NCBI GenBank assembly: GCA_013265495.1
Contig: MU058198.1
Coordinates: 4,479,779-4,543,778 of the forward strand
Reading direction: 5' to 3'
Source of the DNA: Vicugna vicugna
Taxonomy: Eukaryota
Length of the DNA: 64,000 bases
Position numbers and translations under genes: made by a program. Below are positions 23,117 to 35,219 of the stretch, piece by piece. The stretch's first letter is position 1; the number at the start of each line of letters is the position of its first letter. The notes beneath the pieces are model-generated. The model made no database searches. It was not told the DNA's origin and saw nothing but the letters and a program-made list of their open reading frames with translations.

Positions 23117-24039
23117 TCAAAAAGTTTCCCTGAATTCATCGGTCTTCCCCTTCTGGGGGTGCTCTGGGGGATGCGCGGGCGGAGGGAGCGGCTGCAGCTT
23201 CTCTCTCATGTGGACTTCCCGATGTTTGGTAAGAACAGAACTCTTACTGAAACGCTTGCCACACTGGGTGCACCCATAGGGCTTCTCTCCGGTGTGGGTT
23301 CTCCGATGCTCCCGGAACCTTGTACAGTTGCTGAAACTCCTCTCACAGTCCCCGCACTTGTAGGGGCTCTCACCAGTGTGGACTCTCCGGTGGGCACTGA
23401 AATGAGAACTGTTGGTGAAGCTTTTCCCGCACTCGGTGCACTGGTAGGGCTTCTCTCCAGTGTGGCTTCTCTGATGGATGATGAGACTCGAGCTCTGACT
23501 GAAGCACTTCCCGCATTCTCCACAGCTGTAGGGTTTCTCCCCCGTGTGGATTCTCTGGTGGGCACCAAAGTTTGAGGAGTCGTTAAAGCTCTTCCCGCAG
23601 TCAAGACATTTAAAAGGTTTTTCTCCTGTGTGGATTCTTTGGTGTCTGATAAGACTCCTGCTTCTGCCAAAGCACTTCCCACAGACACTACACTTGCAAG
23701 GATTTTCCTTCTGGTGGCTCACCCGGCACAGAAGGCGAGTGCTCCTCCCAAAGCTTTCTCCGTATCTGAGAAGCCGGTAGGGCCTCCTCCCCACGAGAGG
23801 CCTCTGATGCACTACAGCTTTCCCTAAGTCTCTAGGCTGAGACATCAGCTTTCCCTGTCTGACTCCTTGAAGGCTGTCCCACTGTCTTCCTGAGATGCAT
23901 TCCCTTTTACGACATTTACCTGGATCAATATTCTGGGACACGCCCCCTTTGGGCTTTTCCATTAGGGCCCTGTGCAGCTCCATGTCCTTATACACTACCT
24001 GTGCGGCACTCTCCTTGATGCTGTTTCCAATTTCAAAAT
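23117..24039 (-). CDS. ZKSCAN2: ZKSCAN2 exon 7 coding part: six C2H2 zinc fingers (about 23210-23698)
   Basis: ttttcag|AT-TTT-GAA; six CxxC-x12-HxxxH repeats with TGEKP linkers; TGA at 23119-23117. Confidence 0.95.
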
Positions 24040-27000
24040 CTGAAAAGAAAAGACAGTAAGAACTTCAGACCAGTCCTGTATTAAGACAAACACCATGGCG
24101 TCCAGGCCTCACACGTCAGGACCCGTGTGCCTCACCGGCTTCGGGGGTGGCGACTCTCCTCGGATGCATTAAGCCCTGTTTTCTTTCAGTTCCCCAAAGA
24201 GCCAGTAACACCCAGCACAAAGTAGGCCTTTGGAAATGTTTTCAGAACTGAGTTATAATCCACGCCATTATCCCCCATCTGTATCCTGATTAACATGGGA
24301 GCAACTTAGCTCATTTCCCTGAAATTCCACTCCAATTCATCCTGCTTTCAACATTTCTCATCTATACCAACGTACACTAAACTTCACCAGTGTTTAGAGT
24401 AGATTCTAGTAAACAAGTCCAAATTCCTCAGTGGATTTCTTAGTTCATCAACACTGAGTCATATCCTATCCAAGAGCATCTCTTTCTTCTCCTCAAATGT
24501 CCCTGTCACCTTTTTTCTGGCTGTCTCCCACGTAGACCCCACTAACTCACATCTAATTCTCACTGTTCCCCAAACCAGAATTACCTCCTCCTCACTCTTT
24601 CATCTACATCCCAACGCGCATAATGGATCCCAGCTTCTCTGATAAGTTTTCTGGACAGAGAGCATGACGTGTTGAAGAGACCCGGGCTGTGAATCAGACA
24701 GCTCCGGTTCTAATGCCGAGATCCATCCTGGTCACGTCTTAACTGTGTGGTTTTTGTATTGACTTTTCACTATGGAAAATCCAAACAGACAGAAGAGTAG
24801 AGAACAGGATGTATACTGAACTTCCATGAACCACTTACCCAACGAGCTACTCGTGGCCAATCTTGGTTCATCTCTATTCCCAGACACTCTCTGCTCTCTC
24901 CACTCAGCTTATTTGGAAGTGAATTCAGACATTGTATTATTTCACCCATAAATACTTCCTAACCTGTGTAACGTAGGCCCAGTCCAGGGTCTTCCTCTTA
25001 AGCACTTTGCTGCACTGTCATTGTTTCTACCAGCTAATTGCACCAGCACTCTCCTTCCACCCGCTGCAATGAAACTGCTGCTGTCCCCCAGTCCCCAGCG
25101 GGTGGCTGCGGCACGCACTGGAAGAGGAGGGCAGCCGCCAATTAATCCGTTAACTTCGGTGAAAAGCCCTAACAATGGCATCTTCTGAGGTGTTCTGATT
25201 GGGTCTAGCACTGTCCTGGGAGCTGGAGGAAGTTACGGCCCAGCAGTTGGCTCAGACGAGCCTGATAATTTGATGACAGGTCTGGAGCTCACCTTAAGAA
25301 AAACAAGGTTCACAAGAGATGGTACCAAAGGACCTTGTTTCCAAAGTGATCAATTTAACAGCTCCAGTTGCAATTTCAGCTTTCATACTGCAAATTCCCG
25401 TATAAATACTACCAGAGAGCGCACGTGTGAACTTCCTTCTCTAATGCTTGCTTTGAATAAGCATAGAGTGTAGGGAGGAAGACAGTAACAGGTAAGGCTG
25501 GCACAGCTCAGATTAAGGATGGCTGTGGAACCTTGCCTAGTCTATGCAAGTCTAACGGAGAAAACTGGTGTGGAGACTTGTACCGCAGAAAGACTAAACT
25601 AAGGTAGTGCTCACGGTAACTAAAGAGGGGGCAGATGGATGTTCTGCAGCAGCTGAAAACACATGTCATCCGCCTGGATGTAGGCAATGGGAGAGAAGGC
25701 ATCAAAACTACCTCTGTCTCATAAGCTTGGATGACCAGTGGGGGGACACAGGGAAGAGCCACGGTGTGGCATGAAAGAGATCTTAGTTTTGAAAATTTAA
25801 GTCTGGGCTACTGGTGACATGCCCACAAGAGCGTCCAGCAGTCAGCGGGAAACAGGCAGGTGCAGCTGGGAACCAGAAGAAAGTCTCCATCTTTCTGCTT
25901 CTGCCCATCACTTTCCTCATGCACGTCACACATAACTGAGACACTTCTGTTTTGAGCTTACAGACACACCTCCTTGATCAGAGTTTTCCTCAAGTATAAT
26001 TCCAAGTGTTTCTTTCCCACAGTGTTTCTAGGAGATATAAAACATCATCTGTCCTATACACACAAACCGAGGCTGAGATCCCCAAGACCAAACCTTGCGG
26101 TAACGTGAGCTCCTCCCTTGCACAGAAGCACCACGAGAACAGGGACTCTGTCTTATTGATCGCTACCTCCCCTTTTCCTCAAATGGCACAGGACACACAA
26201 ATATTTACTTAATGAACAGACATTCACGAGCGATGTGCCAGGTCTGATTTGTCAGTGAACCCCACTTTCTCCTTTCAGACCACAGCCCCTGATGATCCTT
26301 ACCACTAGGGCTTTGCAGTAGACCTGGAGGTCCCTGGAATTCTGGCTCTTGTACATTTTCCTCCTCACTCATTCTCTCACTGCCGGAATCTTCAACTACT
26401 GTCTCCTGTGAGGTCTCCTCAGGTTCCCAGCCTGTAGGTCCCTGGGGTTCAATCTCAACATCCTCTCTTTCTTGAACTGAGGGTGATGGGACTTGTTCTG
26501 GGGTGTTGGTGGGAGGGGCGGGTGCCCTAGAGTTAATCAGGGCATCCATCTCCCTGTAGAAGGCGCAGGACTCCAGCACATGACCATTTTTCACTTTGCG
26601 GTAGCTCTTCTGGAGGCTTTTGAACTTGGTCCGGCACTGTTCTGGCGTCCGGAGGAAGCCACACTCGCGCAGCTGCTCAGCCACAGCCCCGTACAACTTG
26701 CTCTTCCGATGACAGGCTTGCAGTGCTTCGTAGAACCGAGTCTCCCGGAGGATATCAAGAAAAGTCTTGGTTTCCTCGTAGCCCCAGTGCACACCTGCCA
26801 TTCAAGGATAACGTTCAAAGATACAAGGGGTCTATACGTTATAAAATGTAAGTACAAGAAAACAAATCCCATTCCCAGGGACTATGATATGCCCGGGAAT
26901 AGGCTCTGCAAGAAATGAGAAGGTCTATAGAAAAAAATCTATAGTATTATATTGAAAGACATAAAAGAACTAGAAAGAATGGAGAGGCGCTGTTTCTGGA

Positions 27001-30000
27001 TAGGCAGACTCAAGTTGTACATATATCAATTCTCAAATGAATCTATAAAGTCAAAATCCCAGTAAGATTTTTAAATTAAAACTGATAAACTGATCTCAGA
27101 GTTTACTTGCTAGAATAAAAAGGCAGTCTCCCAAATCTGCCATGGCTGTGGTTATTAAGGGTTGGGCTGTCTGTCTTTTCAAAACTGTTAAGAATAACGG
27201 ATCAGAACCCCAATAGGAACTTTCCTCTCAAAGTTCCTATCATTCCCTTAGTCTGCCTTCTTTGAAGAGCAGAACTAGGTCCAGAGTAGTTTCTGATCTA
27301 CTCTGAGAGATGAAATGATCTGCAAGACAAGTAGATGTTCTGCTTTTACAGCAGAATAAAACTTTCGATTATGTTTCAATAGTCTGTTAAACACACTTTT
27401 TGAGTGTTTTGTACTCTAGTAGGAAAGTCATTTCTACTCTCTACCTCACTGAATGGTCTCTTTACTCCATCCTATCACTGGAGGATGGATTCCCGCATCT
27501 GAAACGGCCCGACCCTCACGTCTGGGGATTTGCAGAATGGTGATATCTGTCTACGCGCGCTGTGCTCTAACCTGAGACGGGACCCTTTGTGGCTGTCACT
27601 CAGACGGTCCTGGGGGCAGCAAACATCTGGGAGTACTTTCAGTTACGCGGCCGATCACAGTCACAAGTGGCAAGGTGTGTGTGACAGAACTCCCCAGGTT
27701 TGGCCATGTCTGGTCTACTCCCTTTTCTACAAGACCACATCGTCCATTTTCATATTAGAAAAAAAAAGCAGAATTCTTACCACTCAGGTTTTGAAATAAG
27801 ACAGGGGCACCACGAATCTCAGACTTCCGGATAAACTCAACGCCCATCTCATCAGCATCAGATTCTTCTGCGGCTTCTTCCTCCTCCACCAAATTGATCT
27901 GGTCTTTGGCACTGACACCAGTTCTCTTCAGTCTGGGGAGAGACATCATCTCCTTTGGCTGATTCGTGGATGCAGCATGAGCTGCAGGGTTCAGCAAAGC
28001 GTCCATGTCCTCAAAGAAGGCGCAGGGTTCTAACACATGGCCATTCCTCACTTTTCGATAGCTCTTCTGGAGACTTTTGAACTTGGTCCGGCATTGTTCT
28101 GGTGTTCGGAGGAAGCCACACTCTCGCAGCCACTCAGCTACAGCACCATACACCTGGCTGTTTCGAGGACAAGCCTGAAGCGTTTCATAGAAGCGGGACT
28201 CTTTGAGAATTGCAAGGAAAGTCTTAGTTTCCTCGTAACTCCAGTGCACGCCGGCTATTTTTTCATCTTCTAGACCCCACTGCTGCTGCTCTCTCCATGT
28301 TTTCCCTGCACTCCTTGCAGGGATCTGAACAGCATGAACTGACTTTTCCTTGATGTAGTTGCTTTGTAAGACAGTCCTCTTATTAGAGGAATGTACACCT
28401 ATGGTCCAGGGCTCCTTTCTTTGCTCCAACCGGGCTATCTTGTTAGATGTCGACACTGTACTTCCTATAATAAGAGAAACGTATTTCATGCTAGAGATCA
28501 TTACTACATGCCCCAGTCTTCAGCTGGAGCACGCTTTCCTGGACCAGTTGTTCACACCTATCCTTTAAAGGTCCTGTCCAATTCATCTCTTTTCTAAAGC
28601 CTTCCTCAACCATGATGGTGCACACGAGATTTTTAAACGAGTTATCTGGCATAATCCTCTACTAACTCATACCACCACTACATTTCATCACCTTTGATTC
28701 CCCCTCAGTATCTAACATTGTGTTAGGAACAGAGCATGTCCCTAACTAGTATTCATTACTCATAAAATGTGCTGGTATCTGCTCCCCATAAATCCTCCCT
28801 CCCCCATCTCAACACGCATATACACACACTTGGGCCCATAAGAGATGAGCAGTCACGAACTTTTAGAGACATTCTGGCAAAGTTAATGGGAAAGAGATGT
28901 AAGCAGAGGAAAGCAACTTGAGCTTTTTACCTTATAATACTATGGAGAGTAACACGTCTTAAATCTGAATCCGAGGTCCACTACTTACTTTACTTTTTGA
29001 CCAGGGGAAGTTTCTTAATCTCTCTGTGCCTCAGTTTCCCAGGGAACAATATCATCTACTAGGTACTAGGAATATTAAATAAATGATCATCTGTGAAGTG
29101 TCCAATGCCCCATAGGTATGTAGTAACATTTAATTTTCTTCTATAGAAAACACACATAGGAGCTTCATGGAATTCTCTGGCTGAAGCAGCAGCAAATCAA
29201 ATCCTTGCTGAAAGAACCCTGGGGATGGAGATTTGCCCTTTATTTTCACATGAGAGAAGTAAGTGTAGGGACAATGAAAGTTCAAACGTCCCCAAGGACC
29301 GGGCAGGCAGTGCAGGGAGCTGGGGGCTGGGGTGAGAGCCCAGGCCGTGCAGCGTGGGCCCCTCGTCCAGCTCTGGTCCGCGGGGGCTTGTGAGGAAGTG
29401 GGCCCATGGTGTCTACCGTCTGACTTTTCTAGAGAAACCAGAAATCCAGATTTATGAGCTAATTTCAAATTAAAACTCTATGCAAGGCCAAAATATGTTT
29501 GCAGGCTAGATTCAGCCCACGAGCCTTCAGTTTGCAATCTGTGATAAAAGACTGGGCCAGGTGTCTCTGGGCCTCGGCCTTTCCATATGTAATTATTACG
29601 CACGTGGGCCCTGGATTTCCAAAGTACGGTCTCTATCCCAATCCTGACAGATTTTACTAAGGATTCTGATTCATCATTTTACTAGGTCTGGATGCTGTAC
29701 GATCCAAGGCAACACTAGGAAACACCTACTGTGTATGCAACTCGCCAGGTGGACATGCCTCACTGGCCCCTGAAACAGCACTAACAGCCACGACTACCAA
29801 GATAACCACATGGGCCTCTGAAGGATGAGTGGTCAGCGCTGAAGCACAGAGGCCCTAAATGAAAATGAAAATCAAGGGGCCTGCTGTTTGGGGAGAGCAC
29901 TTTGCTACTCGTGTGACATCAGTGTCATTTTAAGTTGGTCTTTTTTTTTTTTAAATTGCTTTAATTGCTTTTGAATTATATACAATTGCTGGCTTATCTT

Positions 30001-33000
30001 TATTTATTCGGTTTGACACGGCCCACTGTACAATCTTTATACCTCAGTGTCTATATGTATTGTTGTCCAGTAGAACTTCCGTGCTGACGAAAATGTTCTC
30101 TAACTGCGCTATCCAACACAGCTACTGAGTACCTTAAGTGTGGCTACAGCCACTGAGGAACGGAACTTTTAACTTCATTTAATTTTGATTAATTTCATAA
30201 ATTTAAATCTAAATAGCCATGTGTAGCTAGTGGCTACTCTATCAGACAGTGCAGGTCAGTAGTATCTATAGTGTGTACTGGTGCACATTGTAGTCCTGTC
30301 AGTTTACTGGTAAGTAATCTCTGACTTGTAACTTACATAGGAATGAACCATATTTATCCCTACTGCTAAAGCAGATGATATAATTCTTCAAAAGCCTGCT
30401 TGTAAAATAACATGTCAGTGGTGGTATGTCTGCAAAAATGTGTGCTAAACAATTTACAGCACGCTATCAAGATTATTGTATTGAAATTACTTTTTTTCTT
30501 TCATTTACAAGATTTTCATCCATCCAACAAATACCTGTCGGGCACCCACCCATGTGTCAGGATCTGTGCCAAGTCTTGGGGTTACTATGGATGAAACAAA
30601 AACAAATCCTAAAAAGACCTCATGGCTTTATGGAGTTTTTAGTCTAGTGGATGTGGGCAAGTTTATATTTAAACAATAAGACAGTCATATATAGTACCTC
30701 TCCAATGTCTTAATCACTGAATTATAAGAATATATATAAATGTATAATATAAATTGGAAGAAGGGAATGAGTGAGGTAAGAGAACATGGTATTCTAGATT
30801 ACAGAAATGATCAGACAATCCATGTAGGTCCTTTAAGTGATAACACTTATAGCTATTTTATAACTATCAGGAGAAATGACTACATTAGAAATCCCCAAAA
30901 CTTTTACTTGAAAAAGGATAGAATCCTCACCCAGGGAGACCATGTTCCCAACACTCTCCTTTCTAATATCCTGGAAGAGGTCTCTGGGAGCAGGAATCTG
31001 ATGCACACTCTTTTTGTAGGAAAAACTTCTTGCCATGCGGACATCTTTCACTGGTCCCTGTAAAACACGAACAGTCATGACTACCAAGATAACCACATGG
31101 GCCTCTGAAGGATGAATGACAGTGGGTGAAGCACAGAAAGGCCCGAAATACAAATTAAAATCGAAGAGCCAAGTGTTTATTTTGCGCCAAATGAAGCAGA
31201 AGGTACTATGAAGAATCACAAGGGAGGTGACCCAGCCAGGAGTCCCATTACTCAGAAGGCTGGGTCCAGTCTTTTCTGGAAAAGGAGTAAGGGGAAAGAA
31301 GTCTCCTGGAGGGAGTACACAAGTTTGAGGATAGTGGGGGCACAGGCAATCACTGTGACTGAATAACCTAGGAAGGAAGGCCAGAGAGAACAGCTACAGT
31401 TTACCTGCAACCCAATAGGAAGTCGTGTGGTCACTTCCTGATCCGTGGTGCTCCATTCATGAGCTGGAGCAGGAACCCAGGGAGAAGGCCGGGCTGTAAG
31501 AAAAGAAAGAAACAGCGTTGTGGGCTCTGGCCCTTTGATTCATGCTGCTTCTCCCTTTATGAAATGAGCGTGTATAAAAACCCAACAAATGGAAATTGGT
31601 CATTTTCTCAATGAGTTCAGAACAATGCCAAAAACCAAAAACTAAAGCAGGGCTCACAAATGCAAATGCTTTTTGGAAGTAAGCAGGTAAAGGACATGAC
31701 GGAAGCGGAGAGGTAAGGACTGTGGGGGAACCGGAGAGCACGTCCCACTGAAAGGGTACAGCCAATGTTCAGCTCCAGCTGATGCTTCACTGTGACACTG
31801 TGGCCTTAGTATTATCAGACCTTCTCCTTTCTTCAAGAGAAGCCAGAAATATGGACTTTTATGTACAATTTCAAAAGTCTTAAACCTTGAGAGCTAAAAA
31901 CAAATAAACAAACAAAACCCCTAAACAAACTCTTTACAGATGAAACAAAACAAGTCTGACTTGGAGTGAGTTACCAGTTTGCAATCTTTAGCATAAATTA
32001 ATCCCCTATGAGTGAATACTGTCCTAAAAAAGTTAGCATATACAGATATATAGCACTGAACACTACAGGCAAATATGCCCCTGGAAGGGGGGAAGGAAGA
32101 CATATAAACGTACAGTGTAAGACAATCCGTGGGCTAACTTCTACTCTAGAGCTATCTAGGAAAACTTCAAGAATGAGTATTACTGTGACCAAGAACTCAA
32201 AAACCTGCTCCATTACTTTGTACGGAAGCAAACTGGATCACCTCCTTGGAAACATATCACTCCCTTAGGCACACATGGCTGAAATCCTAGGTCTTCTTTT
32301 GGAAGAAATTCAGTGTAGTAAGTCTGACAGGTTTGAAGTTTAAAAATAACCATGCCATTTCAGGAGAAAGGAAACTAGATATCTATTGAGCACTATTATG
32401 CATGGATGCTTTCATGTTGCTTCCTTTAATCTACACTGACAACCTCATTATTTGCCTTTCACAGGTAACAGAATGGAAAGTTTGAGAACTTAAGTAACCT
32501 GACCAAGGCCACACGGATAAAGAATGACAGAGCTAGGTTTTGAACCCAGGTTGTTTGCCTCTAAAGCCTAATCACTTAATCTCCACGCATTAAGACATAG
32601 AGGTGAGTTAATTAATATTACTTGCCCAAGAGCACACAGAGGGGCAGAGGAAGGATATAAACTGATGCCTTTTTATTGTACCTTCAGTGATCTTTCCACT
32701 CCTCTTTTTAAGCCTTACACCACACTGCAGGGGCTGGAGCCATCCTGCGGACTGGGAAGGGTAGGGTCTTTACCTTGTATTTGGCTTGATTCATTAATGC
32801 CTAGAGAGCTACGAACATCAGTGGTCCCTTCTCTGTGAAGTCTCATTGTTTCTCTCTCTCACATGCCCCTTCTGTGATGCCTTACTGAGTCACTTTTTGA
32901 AAATAAATGCCTAGTTTCCTCTTCCAGTTTTTTCCAGGTTGTTTATAGTCAGTCAAGAACACATACACTTAAACATGTGGCAGGCCTAAAAACCACAAGC

Positions 33001-34892
33001 TGATTGTAGAGATGGAGATTCTTAGATAACACAAGACCTTAAGGCCAGCCTGGGGAATCTAAATTTTCTCAGATTCCTTAAGATCCCTTTAACTTAAGGC
33101 ACACATATTCCCAACTCCTGAAGCTAGCTAATGAAGTCTTTCCTCCCCAAACATTCAAATTATCTTCAAATATGTATTGAGGGGACCAATACAAGTCAGA
33201 GTGTTAGGGCTACAAAATCAGTATGCCACGGTCTCTGCACTGGGCATGCTCCGAGTTCTTCTTCTTACCATTCTTGGGTAAGGGCCGAAGCTCTCTCTTT
33301 TGGTTCAGCTGTTCCCGGCGTTCCAAGTGGAGGCTTTCAGCATCCTCCCGAGACACTACTCTGGGTTGGGGCTCCGCCTGCCGTGGCTGAAAGCTGGCCA
33401 CCTCCCATGCTGCTCCTCGTGCGGCTTGCTTCTCTAAGTGCACAGGACTGCTAACCTGGGAAATAAAGCCAATGCCATAATGGAAAGAGGGAGGAAAAGA
33501 GGGCCAGATCAGGGCCAGAGTCCCCCAAGAAAGACACCAAAGAAGGATAGAAGATGGGAAAAGGAAGGAAAATTTCACTCCGTTCCCAGTGGGACCTCTG
33601 AGGGCATAGGGTGAATTGTACTGTCCAGAAGTCTGCACATAAAGGCGTAAGGGAGTGCTTTTTATTAATATACAGAGGAGGGAAAATCTGTTAGGAGTGA
33701 AATCCAGAGCCTCCCTGTTATCAGAAGAGACATTACTTGCGCCCTCACATCTATTAGGTTCACGGAAAAGTGAAAGTTCTCACAATACAAATTAATTCAC
33801 TAGTGAACTGAAAACTTAGAAAATTAAATCTCCACATCTACTGTCTATCTCTGAGCAACATAGCAACCTGCTGAGAGTCAGAGCTTTACACAAATGCAAA
33901 GCCTGTGCAAGGTGAAAATGCAAATCTTGCAGGATTTCAAGAAGTTAATGAAAGGGCTGTTGAAAAACAACTAGCAGAACATGCAAGGCCACTGACAAAT
34001 GGGGATCAGCAATTAAACCCAAGAAGAGTGATAAGGATGATGACCTTGAGAACACTTTGGGAGACTCGGATTGGAATATTAAAAGAGTTACCGAGGGCCC
34101 TGGGATAACTAATGAAGTCCTTCTTTCCTTTTGGCAGGGGAGGGGAGCAAAAATAGCCCTCTTTAGGATCAAGCTGTAAAAGTCAAACACTGAAGCATAA
34201 CATTGTTCTCTCAAGTAATTTTTGGGAGAAACATTATGCAAAGATTTAAAACAAATACTTACATGCATGTTTAGTGTCAACTGCAAGATAATATTTCAGC
34301 CAAAGCTTTTTTTTTCCTATTTAATATGAAAAATTCAAGTCCTTTTTAAGTAGATTCCCTTTATAAAGGCTTTTTATTAGTACCATTTACCGCTTCACAA
34401 TGAGCATTTCCTGCAATGCATCCCCTGGCCATCCTCCTCTCCCTCCCCTTCTTGCTAAATATAAAAATTTGGAAAATCCTCTCTCACCTGCTGTCTTAGT
34501 CTTCCAGTCTCTTTTTCCAAATGTATTACCAGGGCCACCGCCTCCTCTCCACTTTCCGGATACTGCTTCTGCGCCCACGCCTGAATCTTCTCGGGTAAAA
34601 TGGTGAGAAACTGCTCAATCACCAGCAGCTCCAGGATCTGCTCCTTGGAACGCATTTCTGGCTTCAGCCACCGGCAGCAAAGTTCCCAGAGTTTACTGAA
34701 AGCTTCATGGGGTCCGGTCACATCCTCGTAACAGAATTGTCTGAAGCATTTGCGAAAGGTCTCGGACTCAGAGCTGTCCGATCCTTCCAGAATGGGCTCC
34801 GATGTCCACTCGGGCTCTTTTTCCACCTTCATTATTAGGCATCCCTCAACCTCCAGGGGCGCGTCGATCTGAGGGTCCAGGGATGCAGCCAT
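23117..34892 (-). CDS. ZKSCAN2: Zinc finger protein with KRAB and SCAN domains 2, complement join(23117..24039,26303..26794,27781..28464,30931..31057,31405..31493,33269..33455,34488..34892), 968 aa
   Basis: 2907-nt spliced ORF with GT-AG introns in consistent phase; SCAN domain, 127-nt KRAB-A-type exon, two Myb/SANT-like repeats, six C2H2 fingers; N-terminus [25 protein letters not shown] and C-terminus [11 protein letters not shown] match ZKSCAN2; known synteny with AQP8. Confidence 0.96.
26303..26794 (-). CDS. ZKSCAN2: ZKSCAN2 exon 6: second Myb/SANT-like domain
   Basis: gcag|GT-GTG-CAC-TGG ([13 protein letters not shown]...[19 protein letters not shown]); donor G|gtaagg; 492 nt. Confidence 0.95.
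26905..27115 (+). mobile_element. Ancient L1 ORF2 fragment in ZKSCAN2 intron 5
   Basis: 'attgaaagacataaaagaactagaaagaatggagagg...ggataggcagactcaa...aaaatcccagtaagatttt' resembles degenerate L1M ORF2. Confidence 0.6.
27781..28464 (-). CDS. ZKSCAN2: ZKSCAN2 exon 5: KRAB-B-like segment plus first Myb/SANT-like domain
   Basis: ttatag|[16 protein letters not shown] (KRAB-B-like); [13 protein letters not shown]...; donor G|gtaaga; 684 nt. Confidence 0.95.
29741..29881 (-). repeat. Local duplicate of the ZKSCAN2 intron-3/exon-4 boundary (paralogue of 31029-31170)
   Basis: About 140-bp alignment with a 37-bp identical core (29792-29828 = 31079-31115) and a retained cag acceptor. Confidence 0.85.
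30057..30254. mobile_element. MER3-like hAT-Charlie MITE
   Basis: 'tgtccagtagaacttcc...gaaaatgttct...actgaggaacggaacttttaa...aaatagccatgtgtagctagtggctac...gacagtgcag'. Confidence 0.75.
30931..31057 (-). CDS. ZKSCAN2: ZKSCAN2 exon 4: degenerate KRAB-A
   Basis: tttacag|GGA-CCA-GTG; 127 nt, phase 0-1, ending [19 protein letters not shown]|gtgagg like KRAB-A exons. Confidence 0.92.
31405..31493 (-). CDS. ZKSCAN2: ZKSCAN2 exon 3
   Basis: cttacag|CC-CGG-CCT ([30 protein letters not shown])|gtaaac; 89 nt. Confidence 0.9.
33269..33455 (-). CDS. ZKSCAN2: ZKSCAN2 exon 2
   Basis: tcccag|GTT-AGC (VSSPVH...RPLPKN)G|gtaaga; 187 nt. Confidence 0.92.
34488..34892 (-). CDS. ZKSCAN2: ZKSCAN2 exon 1 coding part: SCAN domain
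   Basis: [57 protein letters not shown] is a SCAN box; donor CAG|gtgaga. Confidence 0.96.
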
Positions 34893-35219
34893 ACTCTAAC
34901 CCAGGGGCCAACCTCACGCCTAGCTCAAAAGGGACTCAAGTAAACCAACCTCCGAGAGTCCCTTTTAATAGTTTTGGAAGTGTGGGAAGGTAGGGAGGTG
35001 AAAATGGCAGTGTCAGCAAGAACAGGGTGCTCTGGGCTGGTTAATCAAACCTATCTAGGCCCTTGAAAATGTGGACGTGTACCCTAAGGTCCCCAAACTT
35101 GGCCTCTTTTCCGAACAAGATGTGGCCCCCTGATGTGGTTTTCCAAGGTGCATCTTTTATGCAAAGTCGGAAACAGCGAGGTAGAGGACTGGAAAAAAAT
35201 CAAGGAGACCAGGGAAAGA

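Noticed and set aside
23114..23780. Antisense and alternative-frame ORFs over the zinc-finger exon
   Set aside because: Well-known shadow ORFs produced by C2H2 codon periodicity
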